A stretch of 64,000 bases of DNA from Paraphysomonas bandaiensis (taxonomy: Eukaryota > Protista > Chrysophyceae): positions 620,001 to 684,000 of the forward strand of contig CBFFRP010000298.1 in assembly GCA_965644295.1 (NCBI GenBank), given 5' to 3'. How positions within the stretch are numbered: the stretch's first letter is position 1; each line of letters begins with the position of its first letter. Under the pieces are notes generated by a model. That model did no database searches, was not told the DNA's origin, and saw only the letters and a program-made list of their open reading frames with translations. The position numbers were made by a program, and so were the translations under genes. Positions 26,018 to 38,905 of the stretch are shown here, in pieces.

Positions 26018-26547
26018 AGTGTAGAAAACATATATTACGAATTACTAAGACAAATATGACATGTCATCCTGTAATAAATGGGATTTACTTGAACATAGTA
26101 CTTTTTCTAATAATATTCTCTTGTGGAGTATAGTCTATACTAGTTAATAGTCAAGCATAAATCGTGTTTTTACTGCTAATAATAGACTCTTCAGTATAAG
26201 AAAGTAACAAATGTATGGAAATTTAATAAATATAGAGAGGCGAGCACAAAATAAGAGGAATGAGAGGCCAGACTTGTAAATACGTTTAATACAGATTTAA
26301 TATCACTCCTTACTCAAAACCATTGTGGCACCCGCATGAAAAAGAGTTGCAGTGGGATAGACGGAAACAAACATTCAGAATAATTTCTCAAGGAAAGGGA
26401 AAACAAGTTGCCTGCAGGATTTTATAAAAGCGACAGGAATTGTTTATGGTTCCTTTGCTCTGGGTCTGGTCGCCAACAGAGTCCACATTACTTGTCAATG
26501 ATTGGCGGCAAGCAGGTTCGGAATTATTATATTGGTCTGGTATTGAG

Positions 26548-26905
26548 CCTCAACAAAAACGAACTCGCACCTTTATGTGTTGTTCTGGAGGATAAGTACT
26601 AGAGAGATTTCTTTAGGAAACTAACGTAAGCAGCATATGTATAGTCAGCAGAAAACGTTCTTCCCATAGTGTCACTTGTGTATACAAATAAACAGGCATC
26701 CGGGAATGGGCCCATCTATATCAACAGTCTGTTTGCTTACTGCTTTCTCTTCGAGTGCTATAGAGCAAACGTGGTTGCAGCTTTGTGCTTGTGGTGATGC
26801 ACAAGAAGCTTTTGTAGCGTTATCAGAGTTAAGTACTAGTTGTAGTTATAAATTGCAATGTTAAATTAGTACTGACTCTTAAACGACTATTTCTAATGAT
26901 AAAAA
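26548..26905 (-). repeat. Dispersed repeat R1, copy B
   Basis: Contains CATCCGGGAATGGGCCC and GTGCTTGTGGTGATGCACAAGAAGCTTTTGTAGCG (reverse complement of the core). Confidence 0.8.
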
Positions 26906-27127
26906 GTTGATATTTCTGATAGGGGACACTTTATAAGCTTGCAATGTGCTCATTGGGGTTTTCCTCGAAACCAGTTTGCTTACTTACTAGCAATTAAATT
27001 TCGCTTTACAATATCATCGTGCAGAAGTATATATTGAGTATCTGATTATAACTTTTGAGCTAGTCGTAACTAGGATTTTAACGTATAACTGATTGGTGTA
27101 AAACTTCTTTATCTACTAGTTGAAGTA

Positions 27128-27292
27128 TAGTAGTGAATGTCTTATTATTAGAAATAGGCGTTTAAGAGTCAGAACTATAAGTTAACATTGCAATTTATAT
27201 CTAAAACTAGTACTTAACTCTGATAACCTGCTATTTGGCGCTACGAAAGCTTCTTGTGCATCACCGCAAGCACAAAGCAGCAACCACTTTTG
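27128..27292 (+). repeat. Dispersed repeat R1, copy C (5' part), inverted relative to copy B
   Basis: TAGTAGTGAATGTCTTATTATTAG...GCGCTACGAAAGCTTCTTGTGCATCACCGCAAGCACAAAGCAGCAACCAC mirrors 26770-26903. Confidence 0.8.
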
Positions 27293-27312
27293 TCAAGAGG
27301 TATGATGGTTAA

Positions 27313-27621
27313 TCAGGGGGGCGCCCTTGGGGTAGGGGTCCGCGAAGCTTAAGGGAGGGTCATAGTTATGTAGATGTATGTCGACATAATGTAGATGAGA
27401 GCTGAAGTATATTCTTCTCCCTGACGTATTGATCAATGATTCCTCATGTATTAGTTTCGAACAGCTAGGCCCAACTCGCAGCTGAAGCCATTCAAAGACA
27501 CGACGGCGCCCCAATCCACTCCCTCGCCCATGTATCTCAGACTAGGTACACTCGACTCACTAATTCAGTATCCTCCTCCACAGGGTCCTGAGGAGCCGTA
27601 CCCCAAGGGGCGCCCCCCTGA
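27313..27621. mobile_element. MITE-like element with ~22-bp GC-rich terminal inverted repeats
   Basis: Left TCAGGGGGGCGCCCTTGGGGTA and right TACCCCAAGGGGCGCCCCCCTGA are reverse complements apart from one indel. No clear TSD. Confidence 0.65.
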
Positions 27622-27715
27622 CTGATCTTTCTGTATTTTAATGTTAGGGTTAGTCTTCTTCTGTACCTTAAGGACTAACGTACGCAGAGAGCTTCTCCCT
27701 CACACACATGAACGG

Positions 27716-27810
27716 AAGTGGTTGCACCTTGGTGCTTGAGGCGACGCACAAGCAGCTTCTGTAGCGTTACACAGTAGGATATGAGAATTTGTGCTAGGTT
27801 GTTACAGATG
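27716..27810 (-). repeat. Dispersed repeat R1, copy D (fragment)
   Basis: GTGGTTGCACCTTGGTGCTTGAGGCGACGCACAAGCAGCTTCTGTAGCGTTA. Confidence 0.8.
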
Positions 27811-28521
27811 GTGTTCTTCATCTAACTACTTTTCTTGTTGGTTCTTGATGCCTACTACTAATAATATGACTTTAATACGAGCATCTTATTACTCCTTTTT
27901 TGAGTTTTTCTTAGTCCAGCTCCCAGTCTGAGCTTCCATTCGCTACCATATCCGCAACTGACATTAGGGTGTTAAAAGCCTAAATAACTTCACATTGAAC
28001 TCACTCTAAAATCAGTTACTTGTGATCAACATTTCTTATTATTCGTTGTTATTCACTAAATTAATATCTCTTCTACCTTCTACCAATCTATATAATAGAC
28101 CTATGATAGTCACGATCGTCTGCAGTCAATATATTTCAGTCAATATAACATACTTCATATCTTATCATTAATTCATGTACTTCAGTGGTCAGCTACTGTG
28201 TTCTTCAACTAACGATTATAATTCGAATGCATTAAATAAAGCTTTTAATTGCGTACAAACTAGCAAACTTCAACAAAACGATCACCATTTTTTATATATA
28301 TTCAAATCCTTTATTGCTTACCCACATAAAACGTAACAAATTCTCCGCCGTCAAGCAGATTTAAATAGTTTTTCTCGTCTAATATAAAATGTGTAATCAA
28401 GATTTTCCATGGTACTCGAATGAGGCAATTAAATTCACTCAACCCTAGAATACAGCGAACAACTTTTACATACTATTTCGAATACATAACAACTCTGATA
28501 CTACTAGATGCAGTAGCAGGG

Positions 28522-30380
28522 TTAATAGTCACCATTAAACTCCCTGTGAAATGTAGCTTCATCATCTAGCCAATTCAACAATTTCTTGGCCTTTAGTGCG
28601 GTGCTAGATGCCCACTCTGTGCGGTGACCGTGAACATATGTGGCGTACGTTGTCTTTCCAGTTGCTGCAAATGTATACTTAAGTATTCCGTGTGGCCGGC
28701 CATTGCTGAAATTACCCTCCAGCTTATCACCATTTACGTAAGTTGCCTCCCCTGTACACAAGTGAATATATTTCATAATCTGCACAAAAGGTAAGTGTAC
28801 CTTCTCCTTCCTTTACGTCTTCCACCCACGTACCCTTGTATTGCTTGAACCTATATAGGCTTCCAACCCCGCTGATGAACATTCTCTTAGGGTCACCACT
28901 CTCTCCATCTCTTAAATAGGTTTGTGATCCTTGTCCATGTCGCTTTCCACGCCGCATCTCACCTGAATATGTTCTTCCATCCTGACACACAAATTCACCC
29001 ACCCCATCGAAATATCCAATGCTGAACTGCCCCGTATAAACACAATAACCCTCGCCTTTATGACGAACGCCCATTGGACACACATACTTGACATTATTGG
29101 TGTTCCCAAATTCCTAATACACCAACCACAGTTTTAAATATAGCGCGATATATATTAACGTGTAGCTCGGGACTCATACATAGAATGCATATATCACCTC
29201 AGAGCCCATCCCATGTCTGAGACCATTCCAAAACTCCCCTCTATATTTCCCACCCTCTGTCTTCTGCAGCACGCCACTTCCATGCATATTATCGTCTTTC
29301 CATGCACCTTCGTATCTATTTCCACCTTTCCACACCCTTACACCAAGTCCGTTGCGCTTCCCATTGGGATCAGGAAAACTAATTCCAGACACGGGATTCA
29401 TGCTCCTATTCACATATTCACCCTGCCACAGAGATCACCACATCAAAATACAGATTTTCACTTGAAATCACCTCATAATAACCTCCATCACTCCATATAA
29501 ACTTCCCTTGGCCGTAGAAAAACCCGTGCATAAAACTTCCTTCATAGCGGTCCCCACTGGCATACCGCATTACACCTTTTCCATGCTTGTGTGCCTCAAC
29601 CCAGGATCCAATGTATTGGTCACCTACACAGCCAATGAGCTCAAATACTCACATTATCACTTGCCCACCATTGGCATATGACATGACGCCATCACCGTTA
29701 ATGCGGCCGTTGTAGAAGCTGCCAGTAAATCGATTGCCATTTACAAAGATCCTCACCCCTCGACCTTGAGGCTTTCCTTTGAACCACTCACCCTTATAGC
29801 TGCCCTGGTTCCGCCTCCATTTAAATTCTCCATTACCATGAAAGTATCCAGCCTTCATTCCTCCAGTATACTCATCCCCGGTGTGGTATTTCACAGAGTT
29901 ATTCTCACCACTGGCCCGTCCCTTGAACCACTCTCCTTCATACACGTCTCCCGCGCTAGTCTTGAGGACGCCATGACCGTGATACAAATCATTCTCAAAC
30001 ATTCCAGTATATGTATCATTCTTAGCGGAAACATAAAGCCCTTTACCATGCTTCTTTCCACACTTAAAAGATCCTTCATAACGATGTCGAGCTGATCGAT
30101 CGCCGTGCTCATTGACACCAGCATATATAAGCAGTCCAAAGCCCTCTGGCAAATCATTCACAAACTCCCCCACATACTTATTACCATTGCTATATCGTAG
30201 AGTACCTCTTCCATGCTTTAACCCATCCACAAACTCACCCTTAACAGTGTTGCGTTATACAGTCACAGTCACAGTCACTGTGTATACACACACCTCATAG
30301 ATATCTTTATTGGCATATATGCGCTTTCCTTTCCTGTATACTCTTCCATCATCTGTGAGCTTTATTCCTTTACTAGGCAT
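28522..30380 (-). CDS. MORN-repeat protein, multi-exon
   Basis: Many YxGxW/FxxGxxHGxG repeats across ORFs 29649-30230, 29174-29413, 28727-29083 and 28522-28785. Probable first exon MPSKGIKLTDDGRVYRKGKRIYANKDIYE from ATG 30380. Confidence 0.88.
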
Positions 30381-30462
30381 ACTTATCAGTGCCCATTACG
30401 ACATGCACATGCACCGATCCACAGAGAGATATCGACAGTTACCACTCCATAATATAATGCAC

Positions 30463-31049
30463 GTATGTATGTATGTATGTATGTATGTATGTATGTATGT
30501 ATGTATGTATGTATGTATGTATGTATGTATGTATGTATGTATGTATGTATGTATGTATGTATGTATGTATGTATGTATGTATGTATGTATGTATGTATGT
30601 ATGTATGTATGTATGTATGTATGTATGTATGTATGTATGTATGTATGTATGTATGTATGTATGTATGTATGTATGTATGTATGTATGTATGTATGTATGT
30701 ATGTATGTATGTATGTATGTATGTATGTATGTATGTATGTATGTATGTATGTATGTATGTATGTATGTATGTATGTATGTATGTATGTATGTATGTATGT
30801 ATGTATGTATGTATGTATGTATGTATGTATGTATGTATGTATGTATGTATGTATGTATGTGTGTATGTATGTATGTATGTATGTATGTATGTATGTATGT
30901 ATGTATGTATGTATGTATGTATGTATGTATGTATGTATGTATGTATGTATGTATGTATGTATGTATGTATGTATGTATGTATGTATGTATGTATGTATGT
31001 ATGTATGTATGTATGTATGTATGTATGTATGTATGTATGTATGTATGTA
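30463..31049. repeat. (TATG)n tetranucleotide microsatellite, ~585 bp
   Basis: Near-perfect array with one GTGT variant at ~30861. Confidence 0.99.
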
Positions 31050-31315
31050 CTTGTTGGCATGTACCTGTAGGTTTGTACTTGTACAGGAGGGATATCCTGA
31101 CGATGCCTTTAGTCGACTGCTATGTGTCCATACATGCCCACCTGTCTGAGTGAAGGGTGAGAATTTCAATTCCACCTCTTCAAACTATCTATCTAGATGG
31201 GCTTATTCCTCACCTACCTCACCTGAAAGACGATATGAGTCCATAGACTGTTCATCTCATTATTCTCATCACTAAAGCACACTGAGGACGACAGTCACAT
31301 TAATAAACTGTTCCA

Positions 31316-34215
31316 ATGTATTTATCTTCAGATACATCGAAAGCCACTATATTCGCCTTATGTTCCGTATCGGCTCTTCAGTCTTTTCTCCCATATGTCT
31401 TAGGCTTATCCCTGCAGTGTGAGGTGGAGCCCTCGGAATATAATGGAGCTGTCAGTTCTGATATTGTGAAGCATATGAACTTTTCTATGATGGTTGTATC
31501 TCTGATGCTTTCATTCGAGGCTCTACTGGATTACAATGCTCTCGATCTGCCTGCTTGGATTGTACATCCCCGGTGCTTACTCATTTTAGGGCACCTGTCC
31601 ACGAGTGTAGTGCTGTATGCTGTAGACAATGTTGACCACAGACAGCTCGTGTTGGCTATTTGTTGTCATTACGCTCGCAATTCCATATTTTGTGGGTGCG
31701 TTTTAATACAATTCTTCAACGACACACGAACTGCGAATATGCAGCGCTACCTAATTGTTATATTTGCTATTCTTATATCCACTAATATATACTACTTATG
31801 GTATCCGTTCGTAATAACTTCAAGTGCAGTACATCACACAGTACACACGATTCTGGTTGTTATATGTTGTGCGATGGCATTGCTGTACTGTGGTGACGGT
31901 TTACGCATGTACATCACTGTGCTGCGTCCTGGTCAAAGTGCGACTGTGATAGAGAAGTATACTATGTTAAATTACCTGTGCGTGGGTGTATTTTTCTTTG
32001 GTATCGTTATTGTGAACTATGCACATGATGCTCCGACGTGGTCATCAGCATCGAGAAGCGAGTTAGCGTGGTACTTAGGCCTTCATATGACTATTTTAGT
32101 AGCAGAGTTTTTGATACCAACGAAGATGGCCCAGCATAAAGCTGCATTAATGAAGGTAGGTAGTGCAAGTCCCTGCTGACACTGTATAATGGACTGGTAG
32201 GGTATACTTAAGTCGAAAAAGAATTTCGTGCGTTATATATCGCATGAGATTCGAACCCCATTAAACACAGGTGTGGTTTTGTCAATATAACTGCGATAAA
32301 ATGTAATACCGTGTGCAGTTTACATGGGCCTACAACTACTTTCCCCATCTTCAGTCACACTAAAATCCCTTTCAACGGGATCAGACACGCGTAGTCAAGT
32401 GCAGAGTACTGTCTCCGATTTATGCGAATCCTGCGAAACCGCGATTGAAATTCTGAATGATCTTCTTTTGTATGACAAAATAGAAGAAGGAAACTTAATT
32501 CTTTTTAGGGAAACTGTGGTGGTGAGCTCCTTTCTAAGAAAAATTATCAAGCCCTTTGAAATACAGGTTCGGACCTATTATAATATTTACGATTTAGTAT
32601 ATGCGATATGTCATTGACGTTTACTGCTACTCTTCTTGCATTTGTTGTGTATACCTGTATAAACGGCGAAAACAATTTCTCACAAGTTCCTTTGTCTTTC
32701 ACCTAGGCTGCTGCATCATCTGTGGCATTAGAATTTGATGAGCAGTGCAGTAACACCCCTCTCTCTTGTATTACAATATCTGTCGACAACAGCAAATTTT
32801 CCCAAGTGTTACGGAATCTAATCAGTAATGCACTTAAATTTACTCCCTCTTTTGGCAGAGTGACTGTCAAATGCTCTTTCATTCCAGAATGTGTCTACAG
32901 TCGGTCATTTTCAGGCAGTCGAAGGGAAAGGTCGCGGCAGTTTCATACATTGGTGCATAACGTGAGCAACGTACAGAAGATATACTGCGGTGGAGAGGTA
33001 TCGCCTGGAGTGAGTGAGAAGGGAAGACTTCGTATCGAGGTTAAAGACTCAGGTCCAGGAATATTACCGGTAAAATGCGTTTTGTTCAATCATACACCTG
33101 TAGCTATTTATTCGATTGATCTGACCAACCCGTATTGCTAGGAAAACCAGGGGAAACTATTCAATTCCATCGTTCAATTTGATGCTGCAGCTCTTCAGAA
33201 CGGCAAGGGTTCAGGGCTGGGTCTCTATTGTACGTGTCTGTGTTGCTTATGCAGAGTATTGTTGTAATCGTACTACCCACTCTGCAGAGTGCATTTATTG
33301 GCACTCTACTCACATTTGCTTTTGTCCGTGATCGTGGTTGATATCTGTTTTTTCTAGTGACAAATGCTATAATTCAGCGACATGGTGGAAGCATTGGTGT
33401 AGTATCATCGGGGATACCTGGCGAGGGGTCTCTCTTCTATGTTGAGATTGAAGCACTTAGGTCGCTCACAGATCTTATTCACGCAAACCCTGACAAAGAA
33501 GCTTCAATGTCTTCACGACAGCGAATTCCTTTATTGCCTGTAAATGGGGCTAGTGTTACATCGAATTGTTCCGACCTGCAATTGTCGAGTTTTCGACATA
33601 TGTCTGGTAGCTGCAGCAGTGAGATATTAGAAACTCCTAAAGTTTTCTCTCGAGCTCTCGTGTGTGATGATTCGCGGCTTAATCGTAAAATGATTGCTGC
33701 AGCCATCAAAAACCGCTTTGATGCGATTGACCAAGTGTGTACTTTTTTTCGTGAATATATTATAATGTACTGACTGATTTGATATTGCAGGCCGAAAACG
33801 GTGCAGTCGCAGTTGAAATGGTTCGAAACTCGTTACATGACGGTAATTTATACAGTGTAGTTTTTATGGACTGCGTAATGCCGGTCATGAATGGGCTGGA
33901 TGCAACGAGAGAAATGCGGTCCTTAGGATTTGAAGAACCCATTATTGCTGTTACTGGCAATGCTTTGCAGGATGATATTACAGCCTTCCGAACTGCAGGT
34001 GCAAATAGAGTAATTAGCAAGCCGATAAATATTTCGAGCTTAGAGGAAGTTTTCAGAGGTATACCGCCGCTTTGCTGCATGCTGTTGTTTACGTTTGACG
34101 TCGTTCAGATATAGCAAGGACACACATAAACAAGACATCTGTACAAGACCTTGAGAACCACCATACTTCAGAAGTATGTGAGGAAATTCAAGTTAGCAGT
34201 GTTGACGATGTGTGA
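31316..34215 (+). CDS. Multi-TM hybrid sensor histidine kinase (HisKA-HATPase_c-REC), multi-exon
   Basis: Hydrophobic N-terminal exon; H-box FVRYISHEIRTPLNT; N-box QVLRNLISNALKFT; G1 VKDSGPGI; G2 GSGLGL; receiver VCDD..VFMDCVMPVMNG..VTGN..KP. Stop at 34215 after the final intron. Confidence 0.93.
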
Positions 34216-34749
34216 TTAATTTTCCAATTGACGTTTCATTTATTAAAAGCATGTTGTTGTTGATATTATATTGTAATACTACTTCCTGTGACATAGCTGT
34301 AGACTAATAGTGTTGTAAATTAATTGAAAATAGATTGCTCGACAGGTATACTTGAAGGTCATGCACAAGTTGGAAGCTGTTTTACGTTGTGTATTCCTTT
34401 CCTCTTTGCCACGATGTGATGACCTGGTTAAATATGAGAAAGATATCTGATGCATAAAGCTTTATTAAATATTGCAAAAGCATTAATGCTACAGTTATTC
34501 CTAGAACCGCTAACACGTAGTTCACTTAGATCGGTGTTCTTGATTTCATTGATATCAAACTATCTCATCAGTCGACATCAAGGGATATCAAATATGCAAC
34601 ATTGCTATATGTGTTGAGTCTGCAATATAATGTAATATATATTGTGCAGTTGAAGTGAGTTAATAGTGTACAATAGGTGAATTCAACTCAGACGTGTAAC
34701 GGGTGATTATAGTTAGAAAGGAATTAAATTCAGTTACTGATGTGTGACT

Positions 34750-34912
34750 AGCTTGCGGCGACGCACAAGCAGCTTCTGTAGCGTTAAATAGTAGGATAAT
34801 AGAATTTGTGCTGATTAGTTATGGGTAGAGGTCTAACTAGTAGACTAGTATTCAACTAGCCGCTATATCGGAACGGGTTTTTAACGCCTATTGCTAAATA
34901 AAAAGACATTCA
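34750..34912 (-). repeat. Dispersed repeat R1, copy E (5' part)
   Basis: GCTTGCGGCGACGCACAAGCAGCTTCTGTAGCGTTAAATAGTAGGAT...GCCTATTGCTAAATAAAAGACATTCA. Confidence 0.8.
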
Positions 34913-35839
34913 ATATATGTGTGACTATATAAGATATAGGAGTTACCGGTGGGCATATGATAAACAGATGATGTTGCTGAGAACAGATGCTTCACCAGAT
35001 GTTACACGAATATGTAATGAAGTGTTCAGATTAATAATTATAGTATCTTACTTGAAACTGCGTTGTGTTCAACAAAGCAAGACTAAGGTTTACGTGTAGA
35101 GCGAAGTTAACTTCAGTGAAATCCACCTGTGCATGCCACATGTAATGTACTTATAGTTATATTTAACCACGGGTATATTGTTCCGCGCTTAAAATTTTGA
35201 GGCGAGGAAGAAAAGCCCGAGATCTAAAATGTGGATAAGGAACGATACTCCTTGTCCCTATAGGTGAAATTGTAACTTATCCTCATGATATATCGAAAGC
35301 TTATATATCTAGAATCAAGAATCTATAGCTATCTGTAGCTTTGCTTGCTGTTAAAGGAAGTAGGCGTTCCCACCTTAAAATTAAGAAAACAAAGAAAAAT
35401 CAATAGGACTTTTAAGTAAGCTTAGGAATGACAACTGTGCTAGATTAATCCAAAACTATAATGGATGATGCCCACAACAAGTCGTAATTAAGATTGAAGA
35501 GAGTTTCTGTTCGAACCGGAATATTGAAATGGATAATCTATATTTGCCAGGTGCAAATATAAGCGTTCTGTTGACCCAATTCAGGTCAAGAAACACCCTT
35601 TTGGAACAATATGGAGATAAATACAATGTAGAACTCTTTGACGCTATGACTGTACACGATATCCCTGAAGCAAAGACATCGAAGAAAGGAAGTGCTGTAC
35701 TTGTAGACAAAGAAATAGTCAGCGGTAAGAAACACAGTAAGTGTAATCGATAGTCATAACTTAGAACAATTTCATATTCGAAAACGATGTAGTCTAAGAA
35801 TCGTGCAGTAAAGTGACTTCTAAATTACACGTCGGTAAA

Positions 35840-36964
35840 CTAACACTTCTCTTTATTAGCATGATAGGTGACACTCATGTGGGGATATCTATCCCCTTGC
35901 ACAGGGTGGCTGGACAGAATACCGTCAATTTCAATCAAGTCTTCACTCGATAGCCTAACTTCCAAGGCCTGCAGATTTTCTTGCAAATGTTCAATGCTGG
36001 TGGTACCAGGAATAGGGATAACATCGTCTCCTTGTGCATGCAGCCACGCCAGTGCAAGCTGTGCCATCGTGCAATTCTTACGTTTAGCAACGGTTTCAAG
36101 AGCTTCTACTATAGAAATGTTGTGTTGCAGATGTTCTCCAATAAACCGTGGGTTTATTTTGCGATAATCATCATCACTCCACCCCATTTCCTCCAAATTC
36201 CGTATATGCCCAGTTAGAAACCCTCTGCCTAATGGGGAATACGCCACGATTTTAATACCTAAGTCCCTAACACAAAACATGTATGAGTTATATAGTTCGC
36301 CATACCTTACCCATACACCAGCACTTACAAGAGATGCACTATAAAATCCATTTCATGTCGACAATTAGACATACCTGCAAGTGGGTATAATTTCCTCTTC
36401 AGCATCACGAGACCACAGACTCCACTCCTGCTCTATATAGTCAATAGGAAATATCTTATGAGCTGCTTTGATAACCCCCGCACTAGCCTCGGATAATCCA
36501 ATTGCGCGGGCTTTGCCCTCATCAACCATTGCCTTTAAGCCTCTCATGCTCTCTTCGAGTGGAATATCTTGAGGCACTCGACAGAGAACCACAATATCAA
36601 TATAATCTACACCCAAAGTCTCAAGCGCATAATCTACATCAGCTCTTATGCCAGCCTCATCCCCTCTATTCACCCACACTGTCCCAGTCTTCTCAACAGG
36701 ACACCGTGTGTCCATTGCCACCTTAACCATTAGCTGAAGTTTCGATCTGTCAACAGTTTCAAGACATTTCTTAAGTAACCTGAGGTTACTTCCATATCCC
36801 TCTTCATTAAGGGGTCCATAGAATGTTGCAGTGTTAAATAGAGTGACGCCTGAAGACACAGCCGCTTGAAACACCTCGATATTACGAGCCTCATTCGTCT
36901 TGTCGGCTGAATAAAAGGCACTCATTCCCATCATCCCAAACCCTTGTGGAAATATCTTACTCAT
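35840..36964 (-). CDS. Aldo-keto reductase (AKR13/IN2-2-like), one intron 36267-36374
   Basis: GFGMMGMS, LGVDYID, GKARAIGLSE, EWSLWSRD, AYSPLGRGFL, AQLALAW, PIPGT. Confidence 0.92.
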
Positions 36965-37454
36965 GTTGTGTTGTGTTATGAGTCTTCTATATAGTATCGA
37001 CTAGTATGCGGAGTATCATACAGTCATATTCATACTTTAGTTATCGGCAGCTACGAATAGAAGTTTCCAAGAGTGTGAATGGAACTACAGTACAATACCA
37101 ATGGAATACAGCAGAGTATGTGTGGGTATTCTTGTACGTCGATGTTGTCCTCCACTTTGTATACTGCACCGGTATACGGTATACCAATATCGTAGTGTGT
37201 CTATCATAGAAACCTGTTTGCCCCATTCTGTAATCGTATGTCATAGCCAAATCTCCGTACTGCTACATAATCACCAATTATTGCAGCTACTCTGCCGTAT
37301 TTACATGATAACGTTATGGTTTCGGGTTCATATCACACAAACGAATTATAGAACTCACACTAATATTGTGGGAAATTGTAAATGTATAAGTGAATGATAG
37401 GATGAAACTTGCTGTCACAGCCCTTGACCTGTTGCTATTGTTTTCTTTTATATA

Positions 37455-37922
37455 ATGGCTGACGACGATAGCTCAGTTTCATCAGTGCAGTCGGTGTCTC
37501 TTATGGAGTATGCGTCATCTGACCCTAACCACTCACCCATGAAGGGGATGATGCATTTCGGGAACGAGGAATCTATATCAGACTTATGCATTAATGTGAC
37601 TCCGAGCTTTGCAGAGTGTAAAGATAATGGATACTATGAAACTGAGAATAGTGAATGCGAATATGCACCATCTGACTGCACTCTACGCGCAGACAGTAGA
37701 GAACAGTCTACCAGTTTAGATTCGTACTGTGAAAATCCAGGAATCAATGAAGGTTGGTTGTCTAAGCAGGAGTTAGACAGTGCCGAGTATTTTGTTGATG
37801 ACTCAGAAGAATTACCTCCATGCCCACAACTACATATTGCTTTTGTGGATAATGCGAAAGGTTTAAGTAGCAATTCACTTGCTCTACAACAACGAAAGAA
37901 ATATTGGTGGTTATGCTGTTGA
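37455..37922 (+). CDS. Small acidic hypothetical protein ending RKKYWWLCC
   Basis: 155-aa ATG ORF; a basic plus Cys-Cys C-terminus is typical of lipid-anchored proteins. Confidence 0.55.
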   Translation: MADDDSSVSSVQSVSLMEYASSDPNHSPMKGMMHFGNEESISDLCINVTPSFAECKDNGYYETENSECEYAPSDCTLRADSREQSTSLDSYCENPGINEGWLSKQELDSAEYFVDDSEELPPCPQLHIAFVDNAKGLSSNSLALQQRKKYWWLCC

Positions 37923-38329
37923 ATTTTTTATAGAGATGTCGTGTATCTTAGTGATTTGTTTTCGACCTTCTCAGCTAAATTATATTGTACGACAACAAAT
38001 GTTGCGTCAGTGCAGAATATTATATTTGAATTAGATCACGATTTCTACGCATTTTAGTAACAGTAAGATATTATTCAGAAACTCTCCTTTATATATGTTA
38101 ATCGTTAGTTAAGAAATGTGCGTTACCTTCACAATTACTAGTGTCACGATTGGGCATAGCAAAATAAGACATAGCAAAGTTCCAAAGTGACTGATACTAC
38201 CATAGGGTGACGACTTAATGAAAACACTTGTATCCCTGTTCATAATTTATCTAGAAATTTTACTCTTTTCCTTAAGTTCAAATGCAAGCTGGACTGAGCG
38301 GCTTCCCACTTTAACCTGTTACTCGTTTT

Positions 38330-38905
38330 TATGCCCTCAACAAAGTCGGACTTACACCTTTTCATGATGTTCTGGGGGATAAGTACTGGAGATATTTCTC
38401 CGGGAAACTAACGTGAGCCGCAAACATAGACAGCAGATAATGTTCCACCCACTCATTAGCCTACTAATGCTTCTTGTTGCAAGAGGGACACTAATAAGTG
38501 TCACTTGTGTAGACGTCTTTGGGCCTTGACGAATGAACAGGCACCCGGGAATGGGCCACCTCAAGGACATCCGGGACAGGGCCCACCTCAAGGGTAACCG
38601 GGGTATTGGGCTGCCTGCTGAAGTCAAGCATCCGGGATGTTCACCTTAAGGACTCAAAAATCCTGAAGTCAGGTATATCAACTTTCTGCTTGCTCACGGC
38701 GTTTGCTTTGAGTGATAGAGTGGAGGTGGTTGCACCTTGGTGCTTGCGGCGACACACAAGCTGCTTTCGTAGCGTTATATAGTAGGCTAATAGACTCTGT
38801 ACTAGTTAGTTACAGGTAGACTTCTATCTAGCTTGACTAGTTTTCATCTAGCTACTAAACCGATGCTGATTCTTAACGCCCTTTTGCGAATAATAAGACT
38901 TTCAA
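38330..38905 (-). repeat. Dispersed repeat R1, copy F (longest copy)
   Basis: Spans CTCAACAAAGTCGGAC to GAATAATAAGACTTTCA, with an internal duplication of CCACCTCAAGG. Confidence 0.88.

Noticed and set aside
30310-31175. Long MYVC/YIHT-repeat ORFs on both strands
   Set aside because: Artefacts of the stop-free (TATG)n microsatellite.
31316-32155. Histidine-kinase rhodopsin
   Set aside because: No DxxxK retinal-binding motif in the last TM helix.
35456-35753. Short ORF 35529-35753 as a gene
   Set aside because: No recognisable motif or supporting exon structure; at most a relic.
38352-38627. ORFs inside R1 copies (also 42542-42727, 43301-43489, 52798-52980, 26676-26864)
   Set aside because: Frames are not preserved between copies and no domain is recognisable.
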